Shown here: positions 41,108 to 49,707 of the stretch, in pieces
How positions within the stretch are numbered: position 1 is the stretch's first letter
How the letters are laid out: every line of letters starts with the position of its first letter
NCBI GenBank assembly: GCA_964010765.1
Contig: CAXGMD010000015.1
Span: forward strand, 1 to 49,856
Length of the DNA: 49,856 bases
Source: an uncultured bacterium
GTDB lineage: Bacteria; SAR324; NAC60-12
Direction of reading: 5' to 3'
The notes under the pieces: generated by a model
Seen by the model: only the letters and a program-made list of their open reading frames with translations
The model's database searches: none
What the model was told of the DNA's origin: nothing
Translations under genes and position numbers: made by a program

Positions 41108-41136
41108 GTGTTAGCACCTAATGAGATTTATGTTAG
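41108..41136 (-). promoter_or_regulatory. Pho-box-like repeats upstream of the olsF-like gene
   Basis: Minus strand CTAACAT-aaat-CTCATTA-ggtg-CTAACAC, 11-bp period. Confidence 0.5.
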
Positions 41137-41147
41137 AGAAAAGTCAG

Positions 41148-41717
41148 CTAGAGATTTTGTTTGATCAATTGAACAGCACGATCAATCTCTGCTTGGCTTA
41201 GCTGTCCATCCTTGAAAAAAACCACTTTTCCAGCTCTATTAAGGATGATCACTGCAGAGCTCTCTGGAGCTAATCCCCATGCATTGCGAATCACTCCCTC
41301 CTTGTCCAGTACGAAGCCAGGTACGATGTACTTCCGCTTACGGTCTTCCACAGTGCGCTGGACGATACCAGAGGTGCCGAACATAGCATCGTCCAAATTG
41401 ATGATGTTGAATGTCTGATGGGGATTACCCGGGAGTAAGTCAAACTGTTCCTCCAAAAGTCGATCAATGAAGTCATCATTCAAGGATGCCGCTGAACGGG
41501 TCCCAGCCAGATGGTAAATTGTGAACACCTTTCCACGAAGTTCCCGACTGTTCCACGGAACATAGCTGATCTGCTCTCCCTCAAGATTGAGTTTTCCAAA
41601 TTCTGTTAGGCTAACTTCTGGTAGACTTTGTCCAAGCTTGATCTCAGAGGCAGTGCTGACTCCAGCTGAGAAAACCACCAAAAAAATGAAGGATAATAAT
41701 TTAAGAATCAGTTGCAT
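41148..41717 (-). CDS. ytfJ: YtfJ-family exported protein
   Basis: Signal peptide; ISYVPWNSRELRGKV..YHLAG, IINLDDAMFGT, WGLAPESSAVIIL, KDGQLS resemble E. coli YtfJ. Confidence 0.82.
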   Translation of the reverse strand: MQLILKLLSFIFLVVFSAGVSTASEIKLGQSLPEVSLTEFGKLNLEGEQISYVPWNSRELRGKVFTIYHLAGTRSAASLNDDFIDRLLEEQFDLLPGNPHQTFNIINLDDAMFGTSGIVQRTVEDRKRKYIVPGFVLDKEGVIRNAWGLAPESSAVIILNRAGKVVFFKDGQLSQAEIDRAVQLIKQNL

Positions 41718-41797
41718 CGGTAATTTAAATTGATCATTTCGGGGATACAAAACAGACGACCTTTACTGACTGTAAAAGCCAAATATTCCAAAAAGTG

Positions 41798-41837
41798 ACA
41801 TCATAAATAATAACTGGACTTATCATTAAACTTTCAT
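41798..41837 (+). promoter_or_regulatory. Pho-box-like repeats upstream of the Mpo1-like gene
   Basis: TTATCAT-taaa-CTTTCAT (41820-41837) plus in-phase ACATCAT at 41798; compare CTGTCAT-N4-CTGTCAY. Confidence 0.55.
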
Positions 41838-41976
41838 TAGTTCATTTTTAGTTCGCAAAACTGCCAACTTAATATTTGCACGGAAGCTGACACCAAGGAA
41901 GGTGTACTTAGTGCAGAGGGTTTTGGCGTTTTCCACTTCACCCTTATTCGTTCGAACCATCACCCCTGGAGTCGAC

Positions 41977-42609
41977 GTGAAACAGTTCCTCGAAACTCTT
42001 CGCGAACAGCGTTGGGATGACCATCGCTTCTATCACCACTGCCGAATCAACCAATCCCTGCATCTTATTAGTGCTCTATCTTTTCTGGGTTCATATGTGA
42101 TGCTGTTCATCAACCCAGTCTGGTCTGCAATCGTGGCTTGGACGTTTTCAATGACCACAAGACAGGCTGGACACTTCTTCTTCGAGCCCCACAGCTACGA
42201 TCATGTGAACCGGGCTTCCCATGAGCACAAGGAAGAAATCAAGGTCGGCTACAACCTAAAGCGCAAAGTTGTTCTGCTCAGTATCTGGGCACTGTTGCCG
42301 ATGGCAATTTACTTCAATCCAGGCTTTTTGGGAATTCTACCGGAACACAATGATTGGCTTAGCTTCATAGAAGCAGTGGGCACAGCTTGGCTTTATTTGG
42401 GCATTGCGGCTGTCTTGTTTCGCGGCATTCAGTTGTTCGTTCAACAGGATCTCAAGACTGGATTTGTTTGGATGACAAAAATCATCACAGATCCTTTTCA
42501 CGATGTCTACATCTACTATAGAGCTCCGCTACATCTACTGCGAGGGGAACGCTTTGAGCGAGATCCTGTAATGGACATGGGTGATCTTGAGCCAATTCCT
42601 AATCACTAG
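41977..42609 (+). CDS. Mpo1/DUF962-like membrane protein
   Basis: DHRFYHHCRINQSLH and RQAGHFFFE histidine motifs, several TM helices; GGAG RBS before GTG 41977. Confidence 0.7.
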   Translation: MKQFLETLREQRWDDHRFYHHCRINQSLHLISALSFLGSYVMLFINPVWSAIVAWTFSMTTRQAGHFFFEPHSYDHVNRASHEHKEEIKVGYNLKRKVVLLSIWALLPMAIYFNPGFLGILPEHNDWLSFIEAVGTAWLYLGIAAVLFRGIQLFVQQDLKTGFVWMTKIITDPFHDVYIYYRAPLHLLRGERFERDPVMDMGDLEPIPNH

Positions 42610-44245
42610 TCTTTTCAGGCCAACCTAGGGTTTCACGTAGAATCTGTAAGCGAATGCTACGATGCGTTAGCTTCGGATTCTGCCACCACCAGCCATCCTC
42701 TGACATTTTTTTTGCCGCTGACACGAAGCGGTCCAGAACTGCCTGGAATTCAGTTTCTCCGTAGTTGAGACTGAAAATCAGCCGTCCTGTACCAACCCAG
42801 CTGAGAGCCAGTCCTTCGGCACGTAAATAAAATTGGAGTAGCCAGTGATAGCGTCCTGGTTGAGTATAGCTGATTGTCCAAACAGAGGACATATTTGTGG
42901 CTTGAATAGGGAAATCAAAATTCCTCATGGTGTGGTTGAATTTTTCACAACGTTGATTCCATCTTTCGTCCAGCCCCTCGTAAAGAGCTTGGATCTCGGG
43001 CTTTTCAATCTCATCCAGAAATGCCTTCATTGCTGACAGCACCACAGGATGGGCATTGAATGTCCCACGAGCAAAGCAGATGTCTGCAGGACGGTTTTCT
43101 TTCCAGCGTTTCATCCAGTGATGTTTGCCACAAACCACTCCAACAGGATAACCGCCACCAAGCGTCTTTCCGTAAGTAACGAGATCCGCTTGAATCCCAA
43201 AATATTCTTGTGCACCACCAGGGGCTAATCTGAATCCCAGAAACACTTCATCAAAAATCAAAGCAATTCCTTTTTCAGTGCATACTTCTCTCAATTGCTT
43301 CAGCCATGATGTGTAGGACGTTCGATCATATTGAGCCTTGCGGCTTCCATCTAGCAGCGTTGAATCTCCAGGGGCATTCCGATTAGGATGGATTGCCTGT
43401 AAAGGATTTACTAAAACACAGGCAATATTCTTACGAGATCGCAATACTTGTAGGGAGCGCTCACTCATATCAGCTAAGGTATATGTTTCATGTGGTGGTT
43501 GTGGGTTTCCAGGCCCTGGCTGAACATCCTCCCACCACCCGTGATAGGCTCCACAGAAACGAACAAGATGCGTGCGCCTCGTATGGTAGCGGGCTAGCCG
43601 GACAGCTTGCATCACAGCCTCTGTTCCAGACATGTGAAATGAAACTTCATCCATGCCACTGATTTTACAGAGTCGAGATGCGTTACTGGCCACATGCGGA
43701 TGATAAACCCCTAATGCTGGGCCGAGAGGAACACCTTCTTCTAGGCCTATTCGCATAGTACGCTTATAAAAGTCCGAACCAAAAAGGTTTACTCCATAGG
43801 AACCTGTCAGGTCATAAAATTGACAATCATCCAAGTCTGTCAAAATGACGCCATCAAATGACTTTGCAACGCTTCCAACCTTGAGGTGCTCTCTAGCGTA
43901 GGGGCTGAATGCAAATGGAATTCGATAAACTGATGTGAACTGCAAATCACTCAGGTGCTCCTTGGCCTCTGTGGTTAAACTAAGTGTTTTTTTATGTTTT
44001 TGTAGTGTTCGAGCAAGGCTATTAAATCCATTTTTCCTTTTCTCAGCCACATCATCTGGGGCTCCATCTGCAATAAAGAAAAGCTCTTCACCTAATGCAT
44101 AACCGGGCAATAAGCGTGCGAGAAATTTTGCTATTCGGGAATGACCCGCTAATGATCTGTGCTTTGCTCGGGACAGTTGGATTCTACGATAAATTTTGGG
44201 ACTGAGCGCAGCCAGTAGGCTAAGACTAATGAGAGTGGTTTCCAA
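42599..44245 (-). CDS. Class-III PLP aminotransferase (GSA-aminomutase-like paralog) with N-terminal extension
   Basis: DLTGSYG, MSGTEAVMQAVRLAR, GAYHG, FDEVFLGFR, YGKTLGGGYPVG, GTFNAHP; hydrophobic N-terminus; AGGA RBS before TTG. Confidence 0.88.
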   Translation of the reverse strand: METTLISLSLLAALSPKIYRRIQLSRAKHRSLAGHSRIAKFLARLLPGYALGEELFFIADGAPDDVAEKRKNGFNSLARTLQKHKKTLSLTTEAKEHLSDLQFTSVYRIPFAFSPYAREHLKVGSVAKSFDGVILTDLDDCQFYDLTGSYGVNLFGSDFYKRTMRIGLEEGVPLGPALGVYHPHVASNASRLCKISGMDEVSFHMSGTEAVMQAVRLARYHTRRTHLVRFCGAYHGWWEDVQPGPGNPQPPHETYTLADMSERSLQVLRSRKNIACVLVNPLQAIHPNRNAPGDSTLLDGSRKAQYDRTSYTSWLKQLREVCTEKGIALIFDEVFLGFRLAPGGAQEYFGIQADLVTYGKTLGGGYPVGVVCGKHHWMKRWKENRPADICFARGTFNAHPVVLSAMKAFLDEIEKPEIQALYEGLDERWNQRCEKFNHTMRNFDFPIQATNMSSVWTISYTQPGRYHWLLQFYLRAEGLALSWVGTGRLIFSLNYGETEFQAVLDRFVSAAKKMSEDGWWWQNPKLTHRSIRLQILRETLGWPEKTSD

Positions 44246-44265
44246 AAGGTTCCTGGGTTGATGTG

Positions 44266-44305
44266 TTGACTAAATTTTTACAACTAAATGAAGGACCATT
44301 GACAA
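44266..44305 (-). promoter_or_regulatory. Four Pho-box-like heptads upstream of the aminotransferase
   Basis: Minus strand TTGTCAA-tggt-CCTTCAT-ttag-TTGTAAA-aatt-TAGTCAA, 11-bp period. Confidence 0.5.
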
Positions 44306-45177
44306 ATTTTCTTAAAAAGCTTGCTCAGCAGGAAGATCTCAATTTTTTGCTGACTAATCGAATTCCTAGAATCACCCTAACTCGTTTTATGGGTTGGTGG
44401 AGTAAGCTAGAGCATCCCTGGATTGTAAAAAGTTCCATTGCGCTCTGGCAAACCTTCAGCGATTTAGATCTTTCTGAGTCCAATACCAAGACTTTTAAGA
44501 GCCTGCATGACTGTTTTACAAGGGAGTTAAGACCGGGTCTGCGACCGATTCATCCCAATCCAAACATCCTAACCTCGCCGTGTGATGCGATTGTTGGCTG
44601 CTCAGGAAAAATTGAAGAGAATCAGATTTTCCAAGCCAAGGGCTTTCCCTACAGTCTCCAAAGTTTGCTGGGAGAGAGTCCATTTAGTCGGGGTTGGGAT
44701 GAAAAGTTGGAGGGTGGCCATTATCTCACACTGCGCTTGACCTCCAGCATGTACCATCGGTTTCATGCTCCCTGTGATGTGCAGCTAACACATGTGACTT
44801 ATATCAGTGGCGACACTTGGAATGTAAACCCAATTGCCTTGAAGCGCGTGGAAAGGCTTTTCTGCAAGAACGAGAGAATCGTTATGCACTTGCAGACTGC
44901 GGCAGCAGTTGATTTTTTAATGGTTCCGGTTGCAGCCGTATTAGTTGCAAGCATGAGACTGCATGCGCTAGATGTTTTGTTGAATCTTCGCTATCAAGGC
45001 CCGAACGAGGTTCCCTGCCAATCCAACTATCTCAAAGGTCAGGAATTGGGCTGGTTTGAGCACGGCTCTACAATAATTTTGCTATTCAACAAAGATGTGG
45101 AGCCTCTCCCTGAATTACAATTTGGAAAACAGGTACGAATGGGGCAACCCCTCCTGAAATGGACTACAACCAACTAA
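44299..45177 (+). CDS. psd: Phosphatidylserine-decarboxylase-family pyruvoyl enzyme
   Basis: FTRELRPGLRP, SPCD, YHRFHAP, WNVN, KNER, FEHGST cleavage motif. Start uncertain (TTG 44299 after AAGGA, or GTG 44263). Confidence 0.88.
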   Translation: MTNFLKKLAQQEDLNFLLTNRIPRITLTRFMGWWSKLEHPWIVKSSIALWQTFSDLDLSESNTKTFKSLHDCFTRELRPGLRPIHPNPNILTSPCDAIVGCSGKIEENQIFQAKGFPYSLQSLLGESPFSRGWDEKLEGGHYLTLRLTSSMYHRFHAPCDVQLTHVTYISGDTWNVNPIALKRVERLFCKNERIVMHLQTAAAVDFLMVPVAAVLVASMRLHALDVLLNLRYQGPNEVPCQSNYLKGQELGWFEHGSTIILLFNKDVEPLPELQFGKQVRMGQPLLKWTTTN

Positions 45178-46235
45178 TCTGAAGTAGGCAAGATGGTTGG
45201 GGAGTCGAATTCGTTGAACTGGTACCCGAATTTACCACTTTCAATAGGAGCCAGATGGGACAGGAAAGTCTGGAAGCAGGCATCCCAATCCCAATCCATA
45301 GAGCTTTGATGAACAACATCTCTATCTAATTTTAAAGCATTGAGGCAGGCCTCTTTGAGATTTTCTGATAATACTCCATCCACTCCTGGCTTCAGGACAT
45401 CTTGAGGACCAGGAACTGGGAAGGCTGCTACTGGTGTTCCTGAGGCAATTGACTCCAGTAGCACATTCCCAAAGGTGTCTGTCTTAGAAGGAAACACAAA
45501 AACATCGCTATCAGCATAGAGTTTGGCCAATTCCTCTCCAAATTTGTAACCGAGCCAAACAGCTTCGGAATACTTTCTCTGCATTGATTCTCGAGCGGGG
45601 CCATCACCCACAATGATTTTAGTGCCCGGCAAATCAAGCCTGAGGAAAGCCTCAATATTTTTTTCGACAGCGACGCGGCCTGTGCAAAGCCAATAAGGAC
45701 GCGGGCCATAGGAATCTTCCTGGGGACGTGGTCGGAAGAGTTCATGGTTGACTCCTCTGTTCCAGATAACCGTCTTTTGGTGAACCCTGTGCTGATTGAG
45801 AAGCCGCCCCATCGTAGGAGTTGGTACCATCACTCTTTCCGCCGCCCCATGAAACCACTTTAAGAAGCTGTATCCCCAGGACAGTGGGATGGGTAGCCGT
45901 TCTTGAACATACTCAGGAAAGCGAGTGTGGTAGCTTGTGGTGAATGGAATCCTCAAGTGAGATAACCAAATTCTAGCGAATATCCCCAAAGATCCTTCGG
46001 TAGCAATGTGAACTGCATCAGGAGAAAATTCCCTCAATATATTCATCATTTTCCAAGGCGTTGTTGCCAAGCGTATTTCGGGATAACTTGGAAGAGGGAA
46101 GGTCGGGTAATCTTGCGGTTGAATCACCAGAACCTCGTGATTTTTGGCTCTGCCAATTTCAACCATTGTCGATAGAGAACGGACGACTCCGTTGACCTGG
46201 GGGTGCCAGGCGTCAGTTACTAGGGCGAAACGCAT
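45174..46235 (-). CDS. agt: GT4 glycosyltransferase, Agt-like glucosyl/glucuronosyl-diacylglycerol synthase
   Basis: TDAWHPQVNGVVR, HIATEG, SYHTRFPEY, GRVAVEKN, FPSKTDTFGNVLLE; downstream of plcP. Confidence 0.85.
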   Translation of the reverse strand: MRFALVTDAWHPQVNGVVRSLSTMVEIGRAKNHEVLVIQPQDYPTFPLPSYPEIRLATTPWKMMNILREFSPDAVHIATEGSLGIFARIWLSHLRIPFTTSYHTRFPEYVQERLPIPLSWGYSFLKWFHGAAERVMVPTPTMGRLLNQHRVHQKTVIWNRGVNHELFRPRPQEDSYGPRPYWLCTGRVAVEKNIEAFLRLDLPGTKIIVGDGPARESMQRKYSEAVWLGYKFGEELAKLYADSDVFVFPSKTDTFGNVLLESIASGTPVAAFPVPGPQDVLKPGVDGVLSENLKEACLNALKLDRDVVHQSSMDWDWDACFQTFLSHLAPIESGKFGYQFNEFDSPTILPTSD

Positions 46236-46277
46236 GGGGTGTATGCCTTTCCTTTAAAATGAATAGCTTAACGAACC

Positions 46278-47105
46278 TCACTGAGGAACGGCTTCTCGAC
46301 TCATTTTCTTTTCTTTTTCCTGGTTCTTCAGATTTTTCATCGCTTCGGAAATGACATCATCATCATGATGGTGCCAATCAATAATTCTAAACTCTCCATC
46401 TTGAGTTTCTACCAACGCTGTACACGATTCCACCCAGTCACCATCGTTCATATAAACCACGTTGCCAATTTTACGAATTTCAGGTGTATGGATGTGCCCA
46501 CAAATCACCCCATCGTAACCTTGCTTTTCGCAGTAGGTGGCAACATTCGATTCAAACTTGAAGACAAAGTTAGTTGCCCGCTTAACCTGTGCCTTTAAGA
46601 TTCTACTAAGTGGCCAATACGCAAAGCCAATCGACCGACGGATGATGTTGATCCAGCGGTTCAGAAACAGCGCGACATCGTATGCTCGGTCGCCTAATGC
46701 GTAAAGCCAGGTGTTGAAAGACTCAATTCCATCGAAAAGATCTCCGTGGATTACCAAGTATCGCTGTCCTCTTTTGCTTTGATGTATACATTCATTTGAC
46801 AGCTCTATATTACCAAACCTCATATCGAAACTGAGCCAGTTACGTAAAGCTTCATCATGATTTCCAAGGATGTAGTGTACCTTGGTACCCCGTTTGGCCA
46901 TTGTTAGAATACGGCGAATGACGTTAGAATGTTCTTGTGGCCAGTAAACCTTGCGCTTCAGTTTCCAGACATCAATGATGTCTCCAACAAGATAGAGTTG
47001 ATCACACTCATTGTGCTTCAAGAAATGGCAGAGTTGGTTGGCTTGCGTACCCTTGGTCCCAAGATGAATATCTGAGATAAAAATAGCTCGGTAATAGTCT
47101 TTCAT
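46278..47105 (-). CDS. plcP: PlcP-type phospholipase C (LpxH-like metallophosphoesterase)
   Basis: ISDIHLG, VGDIID, GNHD (His, versus GNRD in LpxH), HGDLFD, CGHIH, NDGDWVESCTAL; paired with agt. AAGGAG before ATG 47105. Confidence 0.88.
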   Translation of the reverse strand: MKDYYRAIFISDIHLGTKGTQANQLCHFLKHNECDQLYLVGDIIDVWKLKRKVYWPQEHSNVIRRILTMAKRGTKVHYILGNHDEALRNWLSFDMRFGNIELSNECIHQSKRGQRYLVIHGDLFDGIESFNTWLYALGDRAYDVALFLNRWINIIRRSIGFAYWPLSRILKAQVKRATNFVFKFESNVATYCEKQGYDGVICGHIHTPEIRKIGNVVYMNDGDWVESCTALVETQDGEFRIIDWHHHDDDVISEAMKNLKNQEKEKKMSREAVPQ

Positions 47106-47157
47106 CGGCCACGACTCCTTCATGGAAAGTTTGCACTACCAGCAATTTAGGGGAGTA

Positions 47158-47186
47158 ATGTTTAGAAACGATAAGTGTTTTGTTAA
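47158..47186 (-). promoter_or_regulatory. Pho-box-like repeats upstream of plcP
   Basis: Minus strand TTAACAA-aaca-CTTATCG-tttc-TAAACAT; same layout as the olsF site. Confidence 0.42.
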
Positions 47187-47231
47187 TTTCCAAAACCTCA
47201 GAGCAGACTGGCAAATGGGCAGGGAAATCTA

Positions 47232-48446
47232 ATGTCAGAAGTAGTTGTCGTTGGCGGTGGCCCAGCAGGTCTATCGGCAGCATTGATTTGTGCGAGAAGA
47301 GGCCTTGACACAACTATTGTGGAGAAGCGCACTTTTCCTGTGATCAAAGCCTGTGGAGAAGGGTTGATGCCAGGTGGAGTTGATGCCCTGAAGCACTTGG
47401 TTCCTCAGGAATTGATCAACAAAATGGAATACCAGAAGTTTTCAGGAATTCGATATATTGCTCCAAACGGTGAGTGCACATCAGGCTATTTTGGCAAAGG
47501 CGATGGGTGGGGAATTGAACGCTCTGAACTTTCAAAACTACTCAGTCAGGCCGCTGAACAAGAGCCAAAAATCAAAATCCTTGAAAATACGGTTGCTACA
47601 TTGAAAGGCTCACCAGAGCAACCTATCGTCCATTTCAATCACCAAACCCTGAGGCCAAATCTTCTGATCGCTGCAGACGGATTGCACTCTCCCATTAGAA
47701 GTTGGGCTGGATTAAATGGTCTCCCCTCCAAACTAAAGCGATGGGGCTTGAGGCAGCATTATCAAATTACACCATGGACCAATTTGGTAGAGGTCCACTG
47801 GTCAAAGGATATGGAGGCCTATGTCACACCTGTATCCCCGAATACTGTTGGCGTTGCTATTCTAAGTCGCCGAGAATTGATATCAAGTTGGCAAAAGCCA
47901 ATTTCTTTGAAAGAAACAGTACAAGTATTCAGTAATTTAGGACCAAAACTGCTTTTGAGCGAAGCTAAGGATCAATTGATTGGAATCGGTCCGCTTCATC
48001 AAACAGTAAAACGAACTGGAACTGGGAAAGTGGTATTGGTGGGGGATGCGGCAGGATATTTGGATGCAATCACAGGAGAAGGAATCAGTAATGCCATGGA
48101 ACAAGCTTTGCTGGTGGATCGAATACTGGAAAAGCAAAAAGAGAAGCCAAGGTTAGATGAGCTGGTGATTGATTATTCCAACCAACTACCTGCCTTGATG
48201 AGAAGCTACTATTGGCTCACTCGGCTCACTCTGCTTTTGCATCGTCGTCCATCATTGGTCAACCAAGTTGTTAAAGTCTTTCAGAAAACTCCTTGGTTGT
48301 TCAATTACCTACTGGATTTAAATTCTGCTCGGAGTTTTTCCGAAGCAGCTAGCCATTCACTCCAAATTCATGGAAGAAATCATGGAAGTGAACTACTCAA
48401 AGCTTTTATTAGAAGAAGTATCGGAGAGATTAGAAAGAAATCCTGA
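47232..48446 (+). CDS. FAD-dependent oxidoreductase (geranylgeranyl-reductase/FixC-like)
   Basis: GGGPAG, KACGEGLMP, AADGLHS, VGDAAGYLDAITGEGI. Confidence 0.88.
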   Translation: MSEVVVVGGGPAGLSAALICARRGLDTTIVEKRTFPVIKACGEGLMPGGVDALKHLVPQELINKMEYQKFSGIRYIAPNGECTSGYFGKGDGWGIERSELSKLLSQAAEQEPKIKILENTVATLKGSPEQPIVHFNHQTLRPNLLIAADGLHSPIRSWAGLNGLPSKLKRWGLRQHYQITPWTNLVEVHWSKDMEAYVTPVSPNTVGVAILSRRELISSWQKPISLKETVQVFSNLGPKLLLSEAKDQLIGIGPLHQTVKRTGTGKVVLVGDAAGYLDAITGEGISNAMEQALLVDRILEKQKEKPRLDELVIDYSNQLPALMRSYYWLTRLTLLLHRRPSLVNQVVKVFQKTPWLFNYLLDLNSARSFSEAASHSLQIHGRNHGSELLKAFIRRSIGEIRKKS

Positions 48447-48527
48447 AGGCAAGTGTGCCGGTACTTGGGCCCCGCTTGATCAGATTGAAGTGGAAAAACT
48501 ATTGGTAGGAGAAGCGGACGGAGAGTG

Positions 48528-48549
48528 ATGGGAGTCATGTGACTCCCGT
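48528..48549. terminator. Hairpin downstream of rplT, between convergent genes
   Basis: GGGAGTC-ATGT-GACTCCC; no strong U tract. Confidence 0.45.
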
Positions 48550-48554
48550 AGAAA

Positions 48555-48914
48555 TCAGGCGGCAGCTTTTTGCTTCGCTTGTTCCACAAGTTTTGCAAAT
48601 TCAGCAGGGTTTTCGTAGGCGAGATCAGCAAGTGATTTTCGATCAAGCCCAATTCCTGCAGCTTTCAGGCTGTGCATGAACACGCTATAATTCAAACCAT
48701 GTTCACGAACAGCTGCGTTGATCCTCATGATCCACAGTTGTCTGTAATCACGCTTGCGAACCTTACGATCACGGTAAGAATACTCTCTGGCACGCTCTAC
48801 TGCGTCTTTAACAGTTCGCCATAGACGACCGCGGCCACCTCGATACCCTTTAGCGGATTTTAAATATGCATTCTTTTTTTTGCGAGCGTGTACTGCTCTT
48901 TTAATTCGTGCCAT
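48555..48914 (-). CDS. rplT: 50S ribosomal protein L20
   Basis: [39 protein letters not shown]. Confidence 0.99.
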   Translation of the reverse strand: MARIKRAVHARKKKNAYLKSAKGYRGGRGRLWRTVKDAVERAREYSYRDRKVRKRDYRQLWIMRINAAVREHGLNYSVFMHSLKAAGIGLDRKSLADLAYENPAEFAKLVEQAKQKAAA

Positions 48915-48926
48915 TGATCAGGTCCT

Positions 48927-49130
48927 TTAAGCGTATGGGAGCAATGCGACGACTGCTTGATGATCACTGCCCTCAACATACCCTTTTTGTCTGAGGCTGC
49001 GCTTTGCATCATTACTACGCTTGCGCATGCCATGGCGCAAGTAAGCTTTTTTCCGTTTGAACTTTCCAGATCCCGTCATTCTGAATCGCTTTGCCCCACC
49101 CTTGTGGGTTTTCATTTTGTAACCAGCCAT
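48927..49130 (-). CDS. rpmI: 50S ribosomal protein L35
   Basis: KMKTHKGGAKRFRMTGSGK, LLPY. Confidence 0.99.
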   Translation of the reverse strand: MAGYKMKTHKGGAKRFRMTGSGKFKRKKAYLRHGMRKRSNDAKRSLRQKGYVEGSDHQAVVALLPYA

Positions 49131-49131
49131 A

Positions 49132-49680
49132 TTACTTCTTTTTTGATGGGGCGAGAATCATGAACATAGAGCGTCCCTCATTACGGACAGGTTGCTCAAC
49201 AATCCCGTTCTCACCAATCATGCTTAGGAATCGCTCAATAAGAACCAAGCCCAAATCTTTGTGGGCCATCTCCCGACCCATGAAAACGACATTGACTTTA
49301 ACCTTGTCGCCCTCTTCAAGGAAGCGAAGAGCGTTTCGCACCTTGAACTGTAGGTCATGATCTTCAATTTTTGGTCGGAGTTTCACCTCCTTCAGATGTA
49401 TTACCTTCTGATGAACCTTGGCAGCATGTTGCCTTTTGCTTTGCTGGTATTTGAACTTTCCGTAGTCCATCAACCGGCAAACAGGCGGATCCGCCTTAGG
49501 AGAAACTTCAACTAAATCAAGTCCATCCGATTGAGCTCTGGTGAGGGCATCAGCAACTGTAATCACTCCAACCTGTCCACCCTCTCCATCAATCAATCTG
49601 ATCCGCAGAGCGGTGATTTGATCATTGACTCGTATTGAGTCATCTTGCTTGTTTGGAGCTTTCGATCTACGAATGCCTAT
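49132..49680 (-). CDS. infC: Translation initiation factor IF-3 with non-canonical ATA start
   Basis: GGAGG-cgacc-ATA at 49680, in frame through RVNDQI..IRLID, DLVEVSP, PPVCRLMDYGKF, KEVKLRP. Confidence 0.97.
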   Translation of the reverse strand: MGIRRSKAPNKQDDSIRVNDQITALRIRLIDGEGGQVGVITVADALTRAQSDGLDLVEVSPKADPPVCRLMDYGKFKYQQSKRQHAAKVHQKVIHLKEVKLRPKIEDHDLQFKVRNALRFLEEGDKVKVNVVFMGREMAHKDLGLVLIERFLSMIGENGIVEQPVRNEGRSMFMILAPSKKK

Positions 49681-49707
49681 GGTCGCCTCCAGTAAAGTTA
49701 GATGATT

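Noticed and set aside
42599..44245. Calling this a second true hemL
   Set aside because: It lacks the PGGVNSPVR and YQAGT motifs, has a long extension, and a canonical hemL is at 30599.
46278..47105. Calling this lpxH
   Set aside because: The GNHD motif and the adjacent agt fit PlcP better.
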